Assembly: GCA_013265495.1 (NCBI GenBank)
Contig: MU058221.1
Location: 1-64,000, forward strand
Reading direction: 5' to 3'
DNA: 64,000 bases
Source: Vicugna vicugna
Taxonomy: Eukaryota
A program made the position numbers and the translations under genes. Under the pieces are notes generated by a model. That model was not told the origin of the DNA and searched no databases. It saw only the letters and a list, made by a program, of their open reading frames with translations. This document shows, piece by piece, positions 23,645-36,440 of this stretch (positions are counted from its first letter, which is position 1; each line of letters begins with the position of its first letter).

Positions 23645-25165
23645 CAACTGTAGCCCTGACCCCTCTCACCACCTTCATTCGACATGGTCTAGGAGGTCCC
23701 CGCCACAGTAAATAGATGGAAAAAATAAAAGAGATCTGATGACAGAGGAAACAGCAAATCCGTCACTGTTTGTAGATGACACGATACTGTATATAGAGAA
23801 TCCTGAAGGTGACACTGAAAAATAAACAAACTCATCAAAAAATTCAATTAACTTGCAAGATACGAAACAGACATAAACCGGTTCCATTTCTATGCACTCA
23901 CAACAAGGTAGCAAACGAGAAACTAAAAAAACAACATCGCCAACAACGACCATAACCAAACTATAATACCCAGAAGCACACCCGACCCAGGAGGCACGGA
24001 CCTGCACTCAGACAGCTGGGAGACGTTGATAAAAGACAGTGAAGATGACGCAAAGAATGGAAAGATATACTGTGCTCACATGGATTGGAAGAAATCGTAT
24101 TGTTAAAAGAATCCCACGCTCCAAGGCAATGCAGAGATTTGATGCCAGTCCTAGCAAAATACCCATGGAATTTTTCAGAGAACCAGAACAAATAATTCTA
24201 AACTGTGTGTGGAAACAAAAAAGAACGTGAATAATCAATACAATCTTAAGAAAGAAGCACAAACACTTCATGTCATGCTTCAAGGCATCACATTCTACTA
24301 TAGGCTACCTGACGTAAACCCTACTACAAACCGAGAATCGTCAACACAGTATGCTATAGGCACAAAAGAAATACACATAAATTCACAGAATTAGAAGCCC
24401 AGAAGTAAAACCATGCTTATGTGGTCGATTCATTCATGACAAAGGAAGTGAGAATATACAATGGGGAAAAGACAGCATCTTCCACAAGTGGCACTGGGAA
24501 AACTGGACAGCTACATGCACAGGAATCAAACTGGAATCCTTTCTCATACCATCTACAAAAATAACCTCTAAATGAATCAAATACTTCACTGTAGAACCTG
24601 AAGCCAGAAAACTCCTGGAAGAAAACCGGCAGTAAGCTCTTTCACATCAGTCTTAGCAATATTCTTTTAGATCTGTCTCCTCAAACAAGGAAACAAAAGC
24701 AAAATAAATCAATGGGACTCCATCCAACTGAAAAGCTTTAGAACAACAAAAGAAACCATTCACAAAATGAAAAAGCAGCCTAGTGAATGTGAGAAAATAT
24801 TCACAAAAAATGCATCTAAAAGGGGTTCATATCCAAAATAGACCAACAAAAAACCCACACAACTCAACTACCAAAAACCTAATTTAAAAATTGGCAGACG
24901 ACCAAACATTTTTCCACAGAATATATACAGATGGCCAACAGATAACATGAAAAGATGATCAATGTCTCTCATCATCAAAGACATGCACATCAAAACTGCA
25001 ATGAGATGATCTCTCCACACCTGAAAGAATGGCTGTCATCCAAAAGACAGCAAATGACAAGCACTGGTGAGGCGGTGGAGAGAAGGAAACCCTCATGCCC
25101 TTTTATTGGGAACATCCACTGTTGCAGCCACTATGGCAAATGGTATGATGGTTCCTCAAAAAGTT
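23645..25165 (+). mobile_element. L1 ORF2 fragment (RT to C-terminus), decayed
   Basis: SLFVDDTILYIENP (RT FADD region) at ~23763, WIGRNRIVK, and continuous L1 ORF2 similarity. Confidence 0.9.
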
Positions 25166-25911
25166 GAGGCCCACACAGAGGCTGAGATGAGACACTGGCA
25201 CCTGAGTCTGAATATAACAGGAGGACCTGGAAGGCTGTATGCCAGAGTGGACAATGTCTGAATTATATTTAATTTCAACACACCCACGGGGGGACTGGGA
25301 AGCAGGCAGCAAGGAGAATGACTTTCTCCAGACCCCAGAGTAGACCCAGGCCTGTGTGGGTTGTACTCTGGGCTCTGCCAGCCCTCTATGGAATCCTTTC
25401 TTTGCTGAGTCTGTGCACGAGCTCCCTGTGATGCCAGCCTACGGGTGTTAAAAGTGCTGTAGGTATTTCTAGGTCTATAGACCTGATGGCTTCCCTAGGA
25501 AGCAGAGAACAGAATGACCCCCACAGTGCAGATGGGGTATTGGGGAGACCCTGAGATGCATGTGATTTGTCCAGGGTCACAGCACTGCTGAGAAAGGGGA
25601 GCTGGGTCTAAACCCAGCTATGTCCTCAGAGCTGGGGCCTTGGCTGCACCTAGTCCTCCCCAGGTCTGTGGGGGCAGGCTGGCTTGGTGTCACTGTGTGT
25701 GGGCATGGCATAAGGTGAGAGATGAGAAGTTGGCAGCCCAGAGGGGCCCTTGGGGAGCTTGGTGTAAGGAGGAAGCTTGGGTAAGGGGACCCCAGGAAGT
25801 GACCTCACTTCCTTGGCAATAGAGCCCAACAGAACCTGGAACCTAGGTTACCAGGCACCCACTTTCTAGAGAAGCCCCCTACCCAGCTCACTTGTTTGGA
25901 GACACTCAAAC

Positions 25912-27460
25912 ACGTCCTGTTGTGTCCCAATATGCAGAGGCTGCAGCCTAAGGAAAGCCTTTAGTGAGGGCCTTTACCTATGCCACCAATGTTGGGTCAG
26001 GTCTCACCCCAGACTCCTTTGGCTGTTTGCCCAGAGGGACCAAAAGGTAACACAGGGAGGCCCAGGCCAGGCCCGCCCAGGCCAGGCCACCACTTGGATC
26101 CCATCTGGGTAACCCTACATTCCCTTCCTGGATGGTGGATGTGGGGCACTCATGTGTGTGGAGGGGGTCTGCCTCAAGCAAGAGCAGGCTGAGGAAGGGT
26201 CGGAGGCCTGGTGCACCGGTCATGCCCATAACCCAGGTCAAAGCTGGCTGGCTGGGATGTGGAGAGTTGGGGCAGGGCCCTGATGCCAGAGATGGAGCCC
26301 AGGCCCTCTGGGTGTCTCTTCCCTCCCAGGTGACTATCTGAGCAGACCAAGGGCTGAGCCTGATTTGGCAGCAGAGGGTTGAGTGGGCAGAAGCAGCAGT
26401 GATACTGACCAGGCAGGGCTCTGAGACCTCCAGCTGCGCCAGCTGCCAGTCACTGTCATTGCAGAGCCTCATGCCACAGATCAGAGAGGAGCTGGTGAAT
26501 GGGGACACCCACTCCACCTCCCCGAGGGGCTGGTGTGCCACACTGCTGAGGGCCAGCACAGGCTCTGGGTGACTGTGGACATGGAGGGGTCCTCAGAACC
26601 AAGGCCCAGAGATGAACAGGGCAGGCCTTCTGCCCAGACACCACCCAGGCCACTCACCAGGGTCCTGCCTGGGGCTGATGGGCAGCACAGCACACCTGGC
26701 TCTGACCTGGAGCGTCAAGCCAACCTCCCTGTGTGTCAGCTGGAGGATCAGGAGCACACTGTGACAGAGTCCAAAGGTGAGGAAGGCAGGCGTGGTTGCA
26801 TGTATGTATGTGAGGGGGGGCAAGGGTTGGGCCACACAGAGAGGAGTCCCCAGAGGCTGCTGTTGGGACCAGAGCTAAGACTGGCCTCAGACCACCCATG
26901 TGGTGGAATGCAGTCACAGAACACATCTTTTTGGCAGTTCTTGGGTGGGACTTGTCTGAAAAGGTCTGGGAAAATTTCTGTCCTTGAAAAGGCACATGGA
27001 AAGGGAGGCACATAGGTAAATTTTTCCTCTCTCATAGCATTAGCATTTCCACAAGACTTAAGGTTCTCTCCACTTCCAACAGATATATATCCAGAGGAGG
27101 TAAGGGCAGGGGAAGATGCCAGAGACCCACAAAAGGAAGATCTGGATCCAGCAGGAGACCCAGAGTGAGATAAGGAAACACCATGCTGGCAAGGAAGGTC
27201 TGTGTCTACTCCTGAAGGAGAACCAGGACCAGGTCCAATGCATCCTGCCCTGCAGGGAGACTCTGCTCCTGCTCCTGTAAGAGACCCAGGACTGGGTCCA
27301 ATTCCACCAGTCCTGCAGGGAGACCCTGTGCCTGCTCCTGCAGCTCCTCCGGCACCTGCATCTGCACCTCTAGGTGACCCAGAGCCAATTCAGACATCAC
27401 CACCCCCACGGGCTGAGCCACCTCTGCAGCCAGCAACACTGTCATCTCTGAATTCTCACC
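25912..27460 (+). pseudogene. RALGDS-like (ral guanine nucleotide dissociation stimulator-like / CDRT15-type) unprocessed truncated pseudogene
   Basis: Exon remnants: 25912-26046 TSCCVPICRGCSLRKAFSEGL...LWLFAQRDQK|gtaac; 26465-26568 SLMPQIREELVNGDTHSTS..GQHRLW|gtgac (RALGDS: QEIGEELINGVIYSIS..GQRWLG); ~26610-26776 PGSDLERQANLPVCQLE|gtgag (RALGDS: PGSDLERRAHLLLAQLE); Pro-rich exon from 27083 with TGA at 27166. Confidence 0.85.
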
Positions 27461-27584
27461 ATCATCCGTGCCCACACCTGAACTTTACTTCCCTTCCTGT
27501 GGCATTATTTTTGTTTGGGTTCTCTGTAATTTCCTCTTTTTATTTCATGTTATTTATGGTGTCATTTATGTTTGTTTTAAGTCT

Positions 27585-27850
27585 ACAGTAATAAAATTTA
27601 GAAATTTTCCCTTTTAAATTGTGCAATTCAGGAGCATTAAGAGCATTCATAATGCTGTGTGTACATCACCACTGTCTAGTTCCAGACCATTTATTTTCTC
27701 AAAGTAAAACCCTGTATCTAAAGCACACGCTCTCCTTCCTCCCTCCCCAGCCCCTGACAACCCTCCTAATCCCCTTTCTCTCTGTGTGTCTTTACCTCTC
27801 CTGGACGTTCCCTACCAATGAAACTATACAAAAGGTAGTTTTTGTTTCTG
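27585..27850 (-). mobile_element. L1 3' end fragment
   Basis: cattaagagcattcataatgctgtg...tccttcctccctccccagcccctgacaacc. Confidence 0.7.
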
Positions 27851-29574
27851 CCCACTATTTTAAGTGGGGGCTGATGATTTTTTTTTACTTGAGATAGCAT
27901 TTTTGTTATTTGAAAGGGAAATCCAGATGGATTAAAGATGAGATGTACAAAATGAAACCATTTTAGTAACTATGTGCATAATCTCAGGGTAGATACTGCT
28001 GTTCTGCCTGTGACACCTCAGCCAGAAGACAGAAGGGAGATGCTTAGCTCTTCTTGTGACAAAACAAAACCAAACACAAACAAAAAACAAATAAAAGCCA
28101 AGAAAGACAGCTGGAAAGACAAACCACAACCTGGAAAATCATTTCTCATAACTCAAGGTCAGAGAAAGTTTTCACATCCCTGTGATCCAAAAACCTCTCA
28201 AAACCCAGTGTTCTAAACAGAAACAGAACAAACACATGCAGTTCCAATGAGAGACAATGCAGGTGACCAGTGTGTGTTAGAGATGCTTGACCTTGTAGTT
28301 GAGGACACACGCAGATGTACACACTGTGGAGACAGTATTGGTCACCATCACACTGGCAGGTCTTTAGTCTGGTGACAACTAAATGTGAGGAAGCACAGAC
28401 CCCAGCAGATCCCCTGGAAGGAAGAGTGAATGGACAATTCTCTCTGGGAGAACAGTGTGCAGGATGTATCAAAGTGCCACAGGTGCATCCCTTTCCCAGC
28501 AATGCTGATCCTTAGAGCTGATCCCACCAAAGTTCTTGCACAATTTTTCAAAGATGTCTTTTCAAGGGTATTCATCACAACACTGGCTGAAATAGCAGGA
28601 AATTGGAAGCAACACTAATGTTCATGGAGGGGGATGGGATCCATCAGTTCTGGTTCACATGGATGAATGAATGCTGTGCAGCTAGAGAATTGGGTGCAGG
28701 GTCTCTACCTGATGTCAGGGGAGCCCTCAGGGTGGATGCATGTGGACCCACCATCTGCATCCCGGGTCCCATCTGCATAACCACATATGTGTGAAATCAG
28801 CATAAATGTAAATGAATCTGATTTGAGTGTGTGAGAGAGACAGAGATAGAAATAGACAGAATGAGAGAGACAGAGACTGAGAGCTGTGCACCAAGCCATT
28901 CATGATGGTCACCTCTGTGGGTGGGATTTGGAGATCTCTTCTACTTTAGGTGATATTTCAATTTTTTATAATGTATCTGTATTACTCTATTCATTCTAAA
29001 AGGATTAAAATCGTATGTTAATGTGACCCATTCATTACTCATCTATGGAATAATTAAAGTGTATTATTTCTATTTTTAAAAATTTTATTACAAGGACAAT
29101 AAGCATTTATGAGAGTAAAAGAATGAATTCTAAATGAGTTAAGAATTAATAAAGAACAAAACCTTCTCAAGACTCAGTTCCAAGTCAGCTCCATGGCAGT
29201 AGAGTTTCTACAATGTCTGCGTCCTGAATCAGTATCCAGCAGAGGTGAAGAAGTACCAGACTTGGACACTGAACACTACAATAGATGAGAGATTTTGTTG
29301 AGAGAAATTAAGACCTACATTTACAGAAAATAACCCCATATTCATGGAGCTGAAGGCTGAAGGCTTAAGATGGCAACAGGCCACAAATAGATCTAAGGAG
29401 TCAAAGAATCCCTACCCAAACCCCAGGTGGTGTTTTGCAGAAATTGACAACCAATCTAAAATTCACGTGGAAAATGCAAGGGACTCAGAACATATCAGAG
29501 AATCTTGAAAAAGAAGAACAAAGTTTGAGGAATGGGAAGCCAGGTAGAACCCCATGATTGGTATAAAGACACTT

Positions 29575-31700
29575 TCAGCTGAAGATACCTGAGAGCCAAC
29601 AGATGCAGAAGAAAAGCCTTTTTAGAGTTTCCCTTATCTGAATAAAAGCAGAAAGTCCTGAGAAATGACCAGAGCTATCAATTCCCTCATCAGGATGGCT
29701 TCTATTTCCAGGAGCAAGACCAAGAGTGAACCTACCATAAATCCTTTCTGTGGGGTGTTTTAGAACCCTGAAGAGATGCAAAAATCACCCATCTGTGTAC
29801 TGATGAACATTATCACAAACTTTCTTATATCCCATTGTTTTCCAAAGAACCCATTTATCTTTCTGGAAGAAACCTGTCATAGAAGCCAATTCTCTCCTCT
29901 CCCTTTGCCCTATTAAGTTAGGTTGATAAAAAGCCTTTACCTTTCACCATTTAACATGGTATTTGTTTTTCTGGTTGGCTCTTGTGTGCTTAGAAATAAA
30001 CCTTTTCTCCTGTTCATCTCCTCTTTACTTCTGTGGGCTCTTTGAGAGGGACCCTGGATGATAGGCCTGCTCTTTTCTCACCTTCCTTAGTGACATATTT
30101 TTGTCTATAGTTAAGCTATAAAAACAGACTTACTGGTTTTGAGTCACAACCAATAGCTATAACTTTGGAGATCCCCTAGGAGGAAAAAGGACTTCAACAC
30201 TGCTGGGAGAATTTACTGGTTGTCCTGGCCAAATACCTGATAAGAAAATATTTGCAACAATTTTTTTACAGGTTCACACTAAAACAAATATCCTGTTAAA
30301 ACCTCTTGAATGATCAAATTGAAAGAAAGGCAAAAGAATATCATGGCTAGACTAAGAATAGTTCCTTAACAAAACAAGGACAGAAATCAGGTTTAGAGCA
30401 AAAATTAAAATCCATTTACACCATCAACCTTCCCACGCATACGTATACTGTCCCCATGCAATCTTCCAGACAACCCCCCTGGAGAAAATCCTCACCAAAT
30501 CCAACTGGCCAGATCCTTTGCCAGGATCTTATGTTTCAGAACTTGTCCCATTTGGGGGCTGCTATCCCAGGCCTGAGAGGAGCTATTTGTGAGGCCTTTC
30601 TTTGCTAAGACCAACTGGGTTGAAAGGGAACTATGCACTCTGAGGGAGAGAGAGAGCACGCTGAACCTCTGTGGAAGGAACTATGAGAACATCCCAAAGG
30701 CACACAGCTCTAAATCTAGACACGGGAATCTTCTGATTCGTACCTTAGTTGGAAGTCTCTTCCTTGACAGAAAGAAGCAATACAAGATAATGAAGTTGGA
30801 TGGAGGCATCTGCCCCTTGATGTTATCACTGAGTAGGATATGCAATTCTTTGAAGAACTGAAAACAACCAACCTTGTTTTACTAATCTGGTCTGTATAAA
30901 AACAGAAATGTGGCCCCAAGAGTAATTCAAAGCCCACCTATCTTTCAGCAAAACCTCCACTGATGTCTAAACCTCCACTTTTCCTATCAGGGCAATGGAG
31001 GAATAAATGTCCTACACTTAAGAAAGAATAAAAACTTAAATAGTAACTACCTACACCTCTGACAAAAGGAAATGAGCCCCAGATTTCCTTCTTTAAAATG
31101 CTTACCTCCTTCCTCAGGTCCTCTGACAGCAAGAGGTGTGTTCTCTTGGTCCTGAGAACCAAGCCTTTAAATGCAAACATCCAAGGAAATAACTCTAACT
31201 TGAGGATGTCTTGCTTTTAATTGTGCTTCTCCCCTCCTGTTATAAAATATGAGAACTTCTTCACCTGATAAGTGCAATTAACACACCCCCCAGGAGAAAA
31301 TCACACTGCTTTCTTCCTTAGCACACCCAGCCATTAAAGAGTAATTTAGTCCACTAAAATCACTACCTGTGTTTGGAAAGGAAAAAGCTAATGGTAGAAA
31401 AACTGGACATTTTATCCACTCAGATTGGCTTTAAAAAACATCAAGACAACCAAAAGTTTCTTTCAAAACTTCCTTTGTCCAGAATTTAGTCCACAGCCTC
31501 CATAAGATTACATACTGGTGTTGCACTGTTCCCCCACTTCTCTTCATTTGGCATGCAGACATTTGTGACTGTGACAATTTCCTTTACCTTTTTAAAAAAT
31601 CTACCAAATACCAAAATTTCACCTCACCATACAAAATATAGATCTTAATCCTGTTCAGTTCTCATTCAGTAAAGGTAAGCTTAAAATTTCTTTTGGCTCT
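29575..31700. mobile_element. ERV1-type LTR (~29575-30020) plus decayed internal sequence
   Basis: cagctgaagatacctg start and aaataaaccttttctcctgtt poly(A)/U5 region; the downstream sequence is ERV-like but has no readable ORF. Confidence 0.5.
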
Positions 31701-32920
31701 CTATAAAATGCTATCTATTCCTTCATCAAAACCATGGGCAGATTCAAATGCATTGAATTTTTATTATCCACTCTATATAGGTCCATCCACTCAGAAAACA
31801 GCTTTCAGTATTTTAACATCAATATCCATAAGGGATATTTTCTTTATCTTTTTCTTTTCTTTCTTTCTTTCTATTTTTTTTTGTACTGTCTTTGTCTGGT
31901 GTTGGTAGGAAATTTATTCTGGTCTCATAGAATGAATTAAGCAGTGGTCTCCCCTCTTCAATTTTTGGGAAAAGCTGGACAAGAAGTGGTATTATTTTTT
32001 CTTTGAGTGTTTGGCAGAACTCACCGATGAGGCCACAGCTTTTCTCTGTAGGTTTCTTACAAGTTCAACCCCCTTACTAGTTACAGGTCTATTCAGATTT
32101 TCTCTTTCTTTGTAATTCAGTCTTGGCAGGTTCTGCTTTCTAGAAATCTGTCCATTTCTTTTGGGTTATCCGATTTACCTGTGTGCAATTGTTCATACTG
32201 TCTTCTTCTAATCTGTGCTTCTGTAGAACCAGTAGTACTGTCTCCACTTTCACTTCTCATTTCAGTAATTTGGGTCTTCTCTTTTTTCCTTAATCCTATC
32301 CAGCTAAAGTTTCATCAACTTTGTTGATCTTTTTGAAAAACCAACTTTTGGTTTCATTGATTTTTTCCTATTGTTTTTCTGTTCTCTGTTTTACTAATCT
32401 ATGCTTGAATCTATATTATTTCCTTTCTTCTGCTGGCTCTGTGCTTAGCTTATTTTTCTTTTTATAGTTCCTTAAATTGTAAAGTTACATTGTTAATTTG
32501 AGATCTTGTTCTTTTAATGCAAACATCTATAGCTATAAACTTCATCCTTCTGTGGTCACAGAAGATAGTCTTTAAGCCTATTGAAACTTCATTTGTGGTC
32601 TAACATATGTTTGTCCTGGAAAAGGTTACACGCACTTGAGAAGAGTGTGTGTGCTGTTGTTCTGGGTGGAGTGTCCTGTGTGTGTCTGTTGGAGATAGAT
32701 GTTTATTGTGTTAAGTCCCCTGTTTTCTCTTTTATCCTCCATCTGGTTGTTCTCCCTGTCATTGTGACTGGGGGATTAAAATTTCCAACTATTATTGTAG
32801 AATGATTTCTCCCCTCATTCCAACAGCTTTTGCTTCATATGTTTTGGTGATCTGTCACTAGGGACATACATGTTTCAAATTGTATCTCCTTTCTGTATCA
32901 AAGCTTGTATTACATAAGTA
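31700..32920 (-). mobile_element. L1 ORF2 fragment, antisense
   Basis: T-rich L1 motifs ggtctattcagattttct and aaccaacttttggtttcattgatttt. Confidence 0.85.
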
Positions 32921-35859
32921 CTTGAACTTTTATTCACATATACTGTGCCAGACTAAATCTCCCCCAGACTGAACCCAGAAGGGCTGAATCCTGCTCTTTA
33001 CCTTAAATGAAGTCTGAGTCCTACCTTGACGGCATTGATCCCTCCTGAAGGAACCCCCCCACCGTTGCCAGAATTCACATCCTGTCCCTCAGCATCAGTC
33101 CCTGGTGGCCCAAATGTTCTCAGACCAGACTCAGTCAGATCGGCCTAGGTGGGGCACCTCAGCACTTGCCACCACCTTGGGGTGAAGGGCAATTCTTTCC
33201 ATTTGCCTGGAGCCATGGCTCCTTCCTCCTGCAGCATCAGCCACACAGGTTCTGGACTTGCAAGGCCAAGCTTATGCACACAGGCAGTGACCTCCGGGTT
33301 CGAGGTGACCTCCATCAGCCAAGAGCACATCAGTAGATGGTCCATTTTTGCATATAAGTGGGCTTTCCCCATTTTGTTTGCTGAGTCTAGGAAAGAGATA
33401 ACTAGGCCAGAGGTGACTCCTTTGTCCTCAAAACTAATTTGGAGGACATTAATCAGATTCTGTCATGTTAGGTTTCTAATAGGAGCAGATAAATAACAAC
33501 ACTGCAGGGGGGAGCATATAAATTTCAGCTCTGAATTCTTACATGAGTAGGGGTCAGTAAGTGGAAATAGGAAACAAAGATCTTGTGTTCTGCTCATAAT
33601 TCTGTACTAAGTATTTGTGTAGCCTTGGACAAGTTTTCTCACCTTCAATCCTCAGATAATACCTCAGGGTTATTTTTGTGATGAGGATTAATAGCTCTGG
33701 CTAAAGCCATGTTACAAGCCTGGAGTTTTCAGAGGGCACACAGGGCACCTGAAAGCCTTCCAGAGACACGGGCATTGTATATCATCCTAACTTCTATGCA
33801 TTTTATTGGGAAAAGCCAGCTAACCATATCAAAAATATGAATGCACTTGATTCTCATGTTTATCCTTGATTCTTATTTAATCAGTCCTATTTTAAAAATT
33901 GCTCAAAACTTGGAAATAAGGCAAGAGTGTTCACTTGGCTTGCTATGTCATGTCTGCCAGGGTACAGATTACTGAGCATTTGACATATTATCTCTTACTG
34001 ACTTGGGTCCACACACATGAAGTTATATGTTAACATGTATACTTTTGTACAGTAGAGAAGTGAATGATTCCTGTCCAACAGAAAATACAAATTCAAAGGT
34101 TACAGGCTTATTGCCCTGTGGGACACTAACCACTTTTGCATCTAACTAGCATTATTTCTTCTATGACTATATTCTGTGTCTTATAAAGTCTCTTTGAACT
34201 AGCTTTTTTCTCCTCTTAGTCCCTAGTTAATGAGTTCATAAATCTCTGATATGTGTTCATTTTATATTTGTGTGAGAGTCATGCTTTTAACTTTTGAAAA
34301 GTACACTGACATTCTCCAAAGTTGCACTCCTCATGATATAAACATCATTTTCCTTAACATTATTTTGCATTATTAAAAATTAGAGCTATCTGTCTTGTTT
34401 TTATTAAAGTGGATAAGTTAATTATATTAGGTCTATATTATAATCTGGACTGCTTTTATTATATCTCTAACAAGAAACTGTCCTTAATTTATGTCTCAGT
34501 CATTTTTCTATTTCTTGAGATGCATATTAATGCACTAGGTTGAATTGAAAAATTGTCTCTTTTTTCTGACAGAAATTAAGTCTGATTTTGACCCCTCCAT
34601 TTAACAATTGCACTGGGTTTGCAATCGTGATTCTGTGTAGGTTTGGAGTATGTGCAGAGGCTCAATGCTGTGACCATTTACACACATATGACAAATGACA
34701 AAGCCCAGTGCCACTTCAGTGGTGTTCAGGATCCTCCTCCCCAAAGGCTGTTCAGACTGTCACTTCCTGCCACATTCCTGCCTCCTCCCATTCACTCCCT
34801 TCTTCAGGTTTGGCACCTGGAATCCAGTGTAAGTTGAGAAAACACCCAAATTAATTTTTAAGAAATATCTGTTAAACAAGAATCTTAAATTAGACTTTGT
34901 TTGAAAGCCTGTAAATCCTCATTTTACCGGGTTTTGTGAGAGTTATTTCTGGTTTCTTTGGTTACTTTCAAGTTTAGGGTACTATACTGAGATGCTTTAA
35001 AAGACAAAGATTTCAATAATTGAGAGTTTGTTTGCACTATTCACAGTGAAGTATTTACATATTCTATCACTACAATAGCTTTGCTTATGTAATTTCATTT
35101 CAAAATAATGGCAGAAGGTCCTTTGGTGTTTTGTTATTTTGTTGTTGTCTACTTATAAAGAAAACATCCATGAAGAAGACCCAGAATTACTGCCCCAGAA
35201 CAATCTAGATTGCTTGAAAAAGTTGCCCTGTGCTAGAGGTTTGTTCAGAATTCAGGAGGGATAATCAACTCATTCAAACACTTGAGAGAAAAGCAAAGTA
35301 AAGTACCCATTCAAATTACAGTCTGTGTCCACAGTGAGCCTTGAATTTCACAACAGAAGGTAAAAAGGCCCCAGATGCTTCAGAAAGAATAGGAACTCAA
35401 AGGTGTCCACACACTCCACAACCACGTCTAGACTGAAGGGTCCCCCTTCTGCAAATAAAGCAAAGGAACAAGTACACCTCTGTACACTCACATTTCACTG
35501 ACAGGTCCCTCCAAGACAGCTGGTCTTCACCAAATACAGAAATAAAAGCCCGTATCTTGCTACCAGTCTTGGGCTCTAACCAGGTCTTTAATTGGAAATT
35601 GTGTGACATTAATGACAAATTAAACTGCCTTCCAGGAGGTGGCCTCACAAACAACACCAGTTAAGGGCTGCAGTCATTTTGGTGATGCTGATGCCACAGG
35701 CAGCACTTTCAATAAAATCATTACAAGGCATTAAAAATACACACTGCAGCATTCCATACATGCCCAAACTAAATTTCACAATATAACTTCATATCAAAGT
35801 TAACAATCTTAAAAATTCCTTCAAGAAAAGAAAAACTTGATGTTCAAAGAAAAGATCTC

Positions 35860-36105
35860 AAATATTTGCCAATGATGCAACTGACAGGGCTTAATTTCCA
35901 GAATATACAAACACCTCAAATAACTCAACAACAACAACAAGAACAAAAACCCCAATGAAACAATGGGCACAAACCTAAACAGACATTTCTCCAGAGCAGA
36001 CATACAGATGGCTAACAGGCACATGAAAAGTTGCTCAATATAACTAATTATCAGGAAAATGCAAATCAAAACTACAATGAGGTGTCACTTCACACTGGTC
36101 AGAAT
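35860..36105 (+). mobile_element. L1 ORF2 3' fragment
   Basis: aatatttgccaatgatgcaactgacagggcttaatttcc...atgcaaatcaaaactacaatgagg. Confidence 0.85.
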
Positions 36106-36106
36106 G

Positions 36107-36440
36107 CACAAGGTGAACCTCTTTCACCTTGAAACCAGCTCTAGGAAACATGCTTTGAAACGGTGGTAATCGTGTGTAGAGATTGCCCTCCACTTTAGCC
36201 TGGCTGAATGACCACTTCTACACATGTTCTATTTTGGGATCCGAATGTGTGTGGAAGCTGTCCTTCACTTCCCTTGTCGGGAACACAGAGATTTTGTGTT
36301 TGGGAGACCAGACTACCTATAGATAACGGGAGGCCTTTGCCCAAACTCGATTTTACAAGGCAAACTGCCTTTACCTTGAAACTGGCTCTAGGAAACATGC
36401 TGAGAAATGGGGTTAAGTGTTTCTAGAGATTCCCTTCAAC
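36107..36440. repeat. Satellite-like fragment, 247-bp period (~1.3 units)
   Basis: accttgaaac..gctctaggaaacatgct...tagagatt occurs twice; gctctagg starts at 36138 and 36385. Confidence 0.6.

Noticed and set aside
25978..26559. 193-aa minus-strand ORF
   Set aside because: Antisense to the RALGDS-like exons in GC-rich DNA; no recognisable protein.
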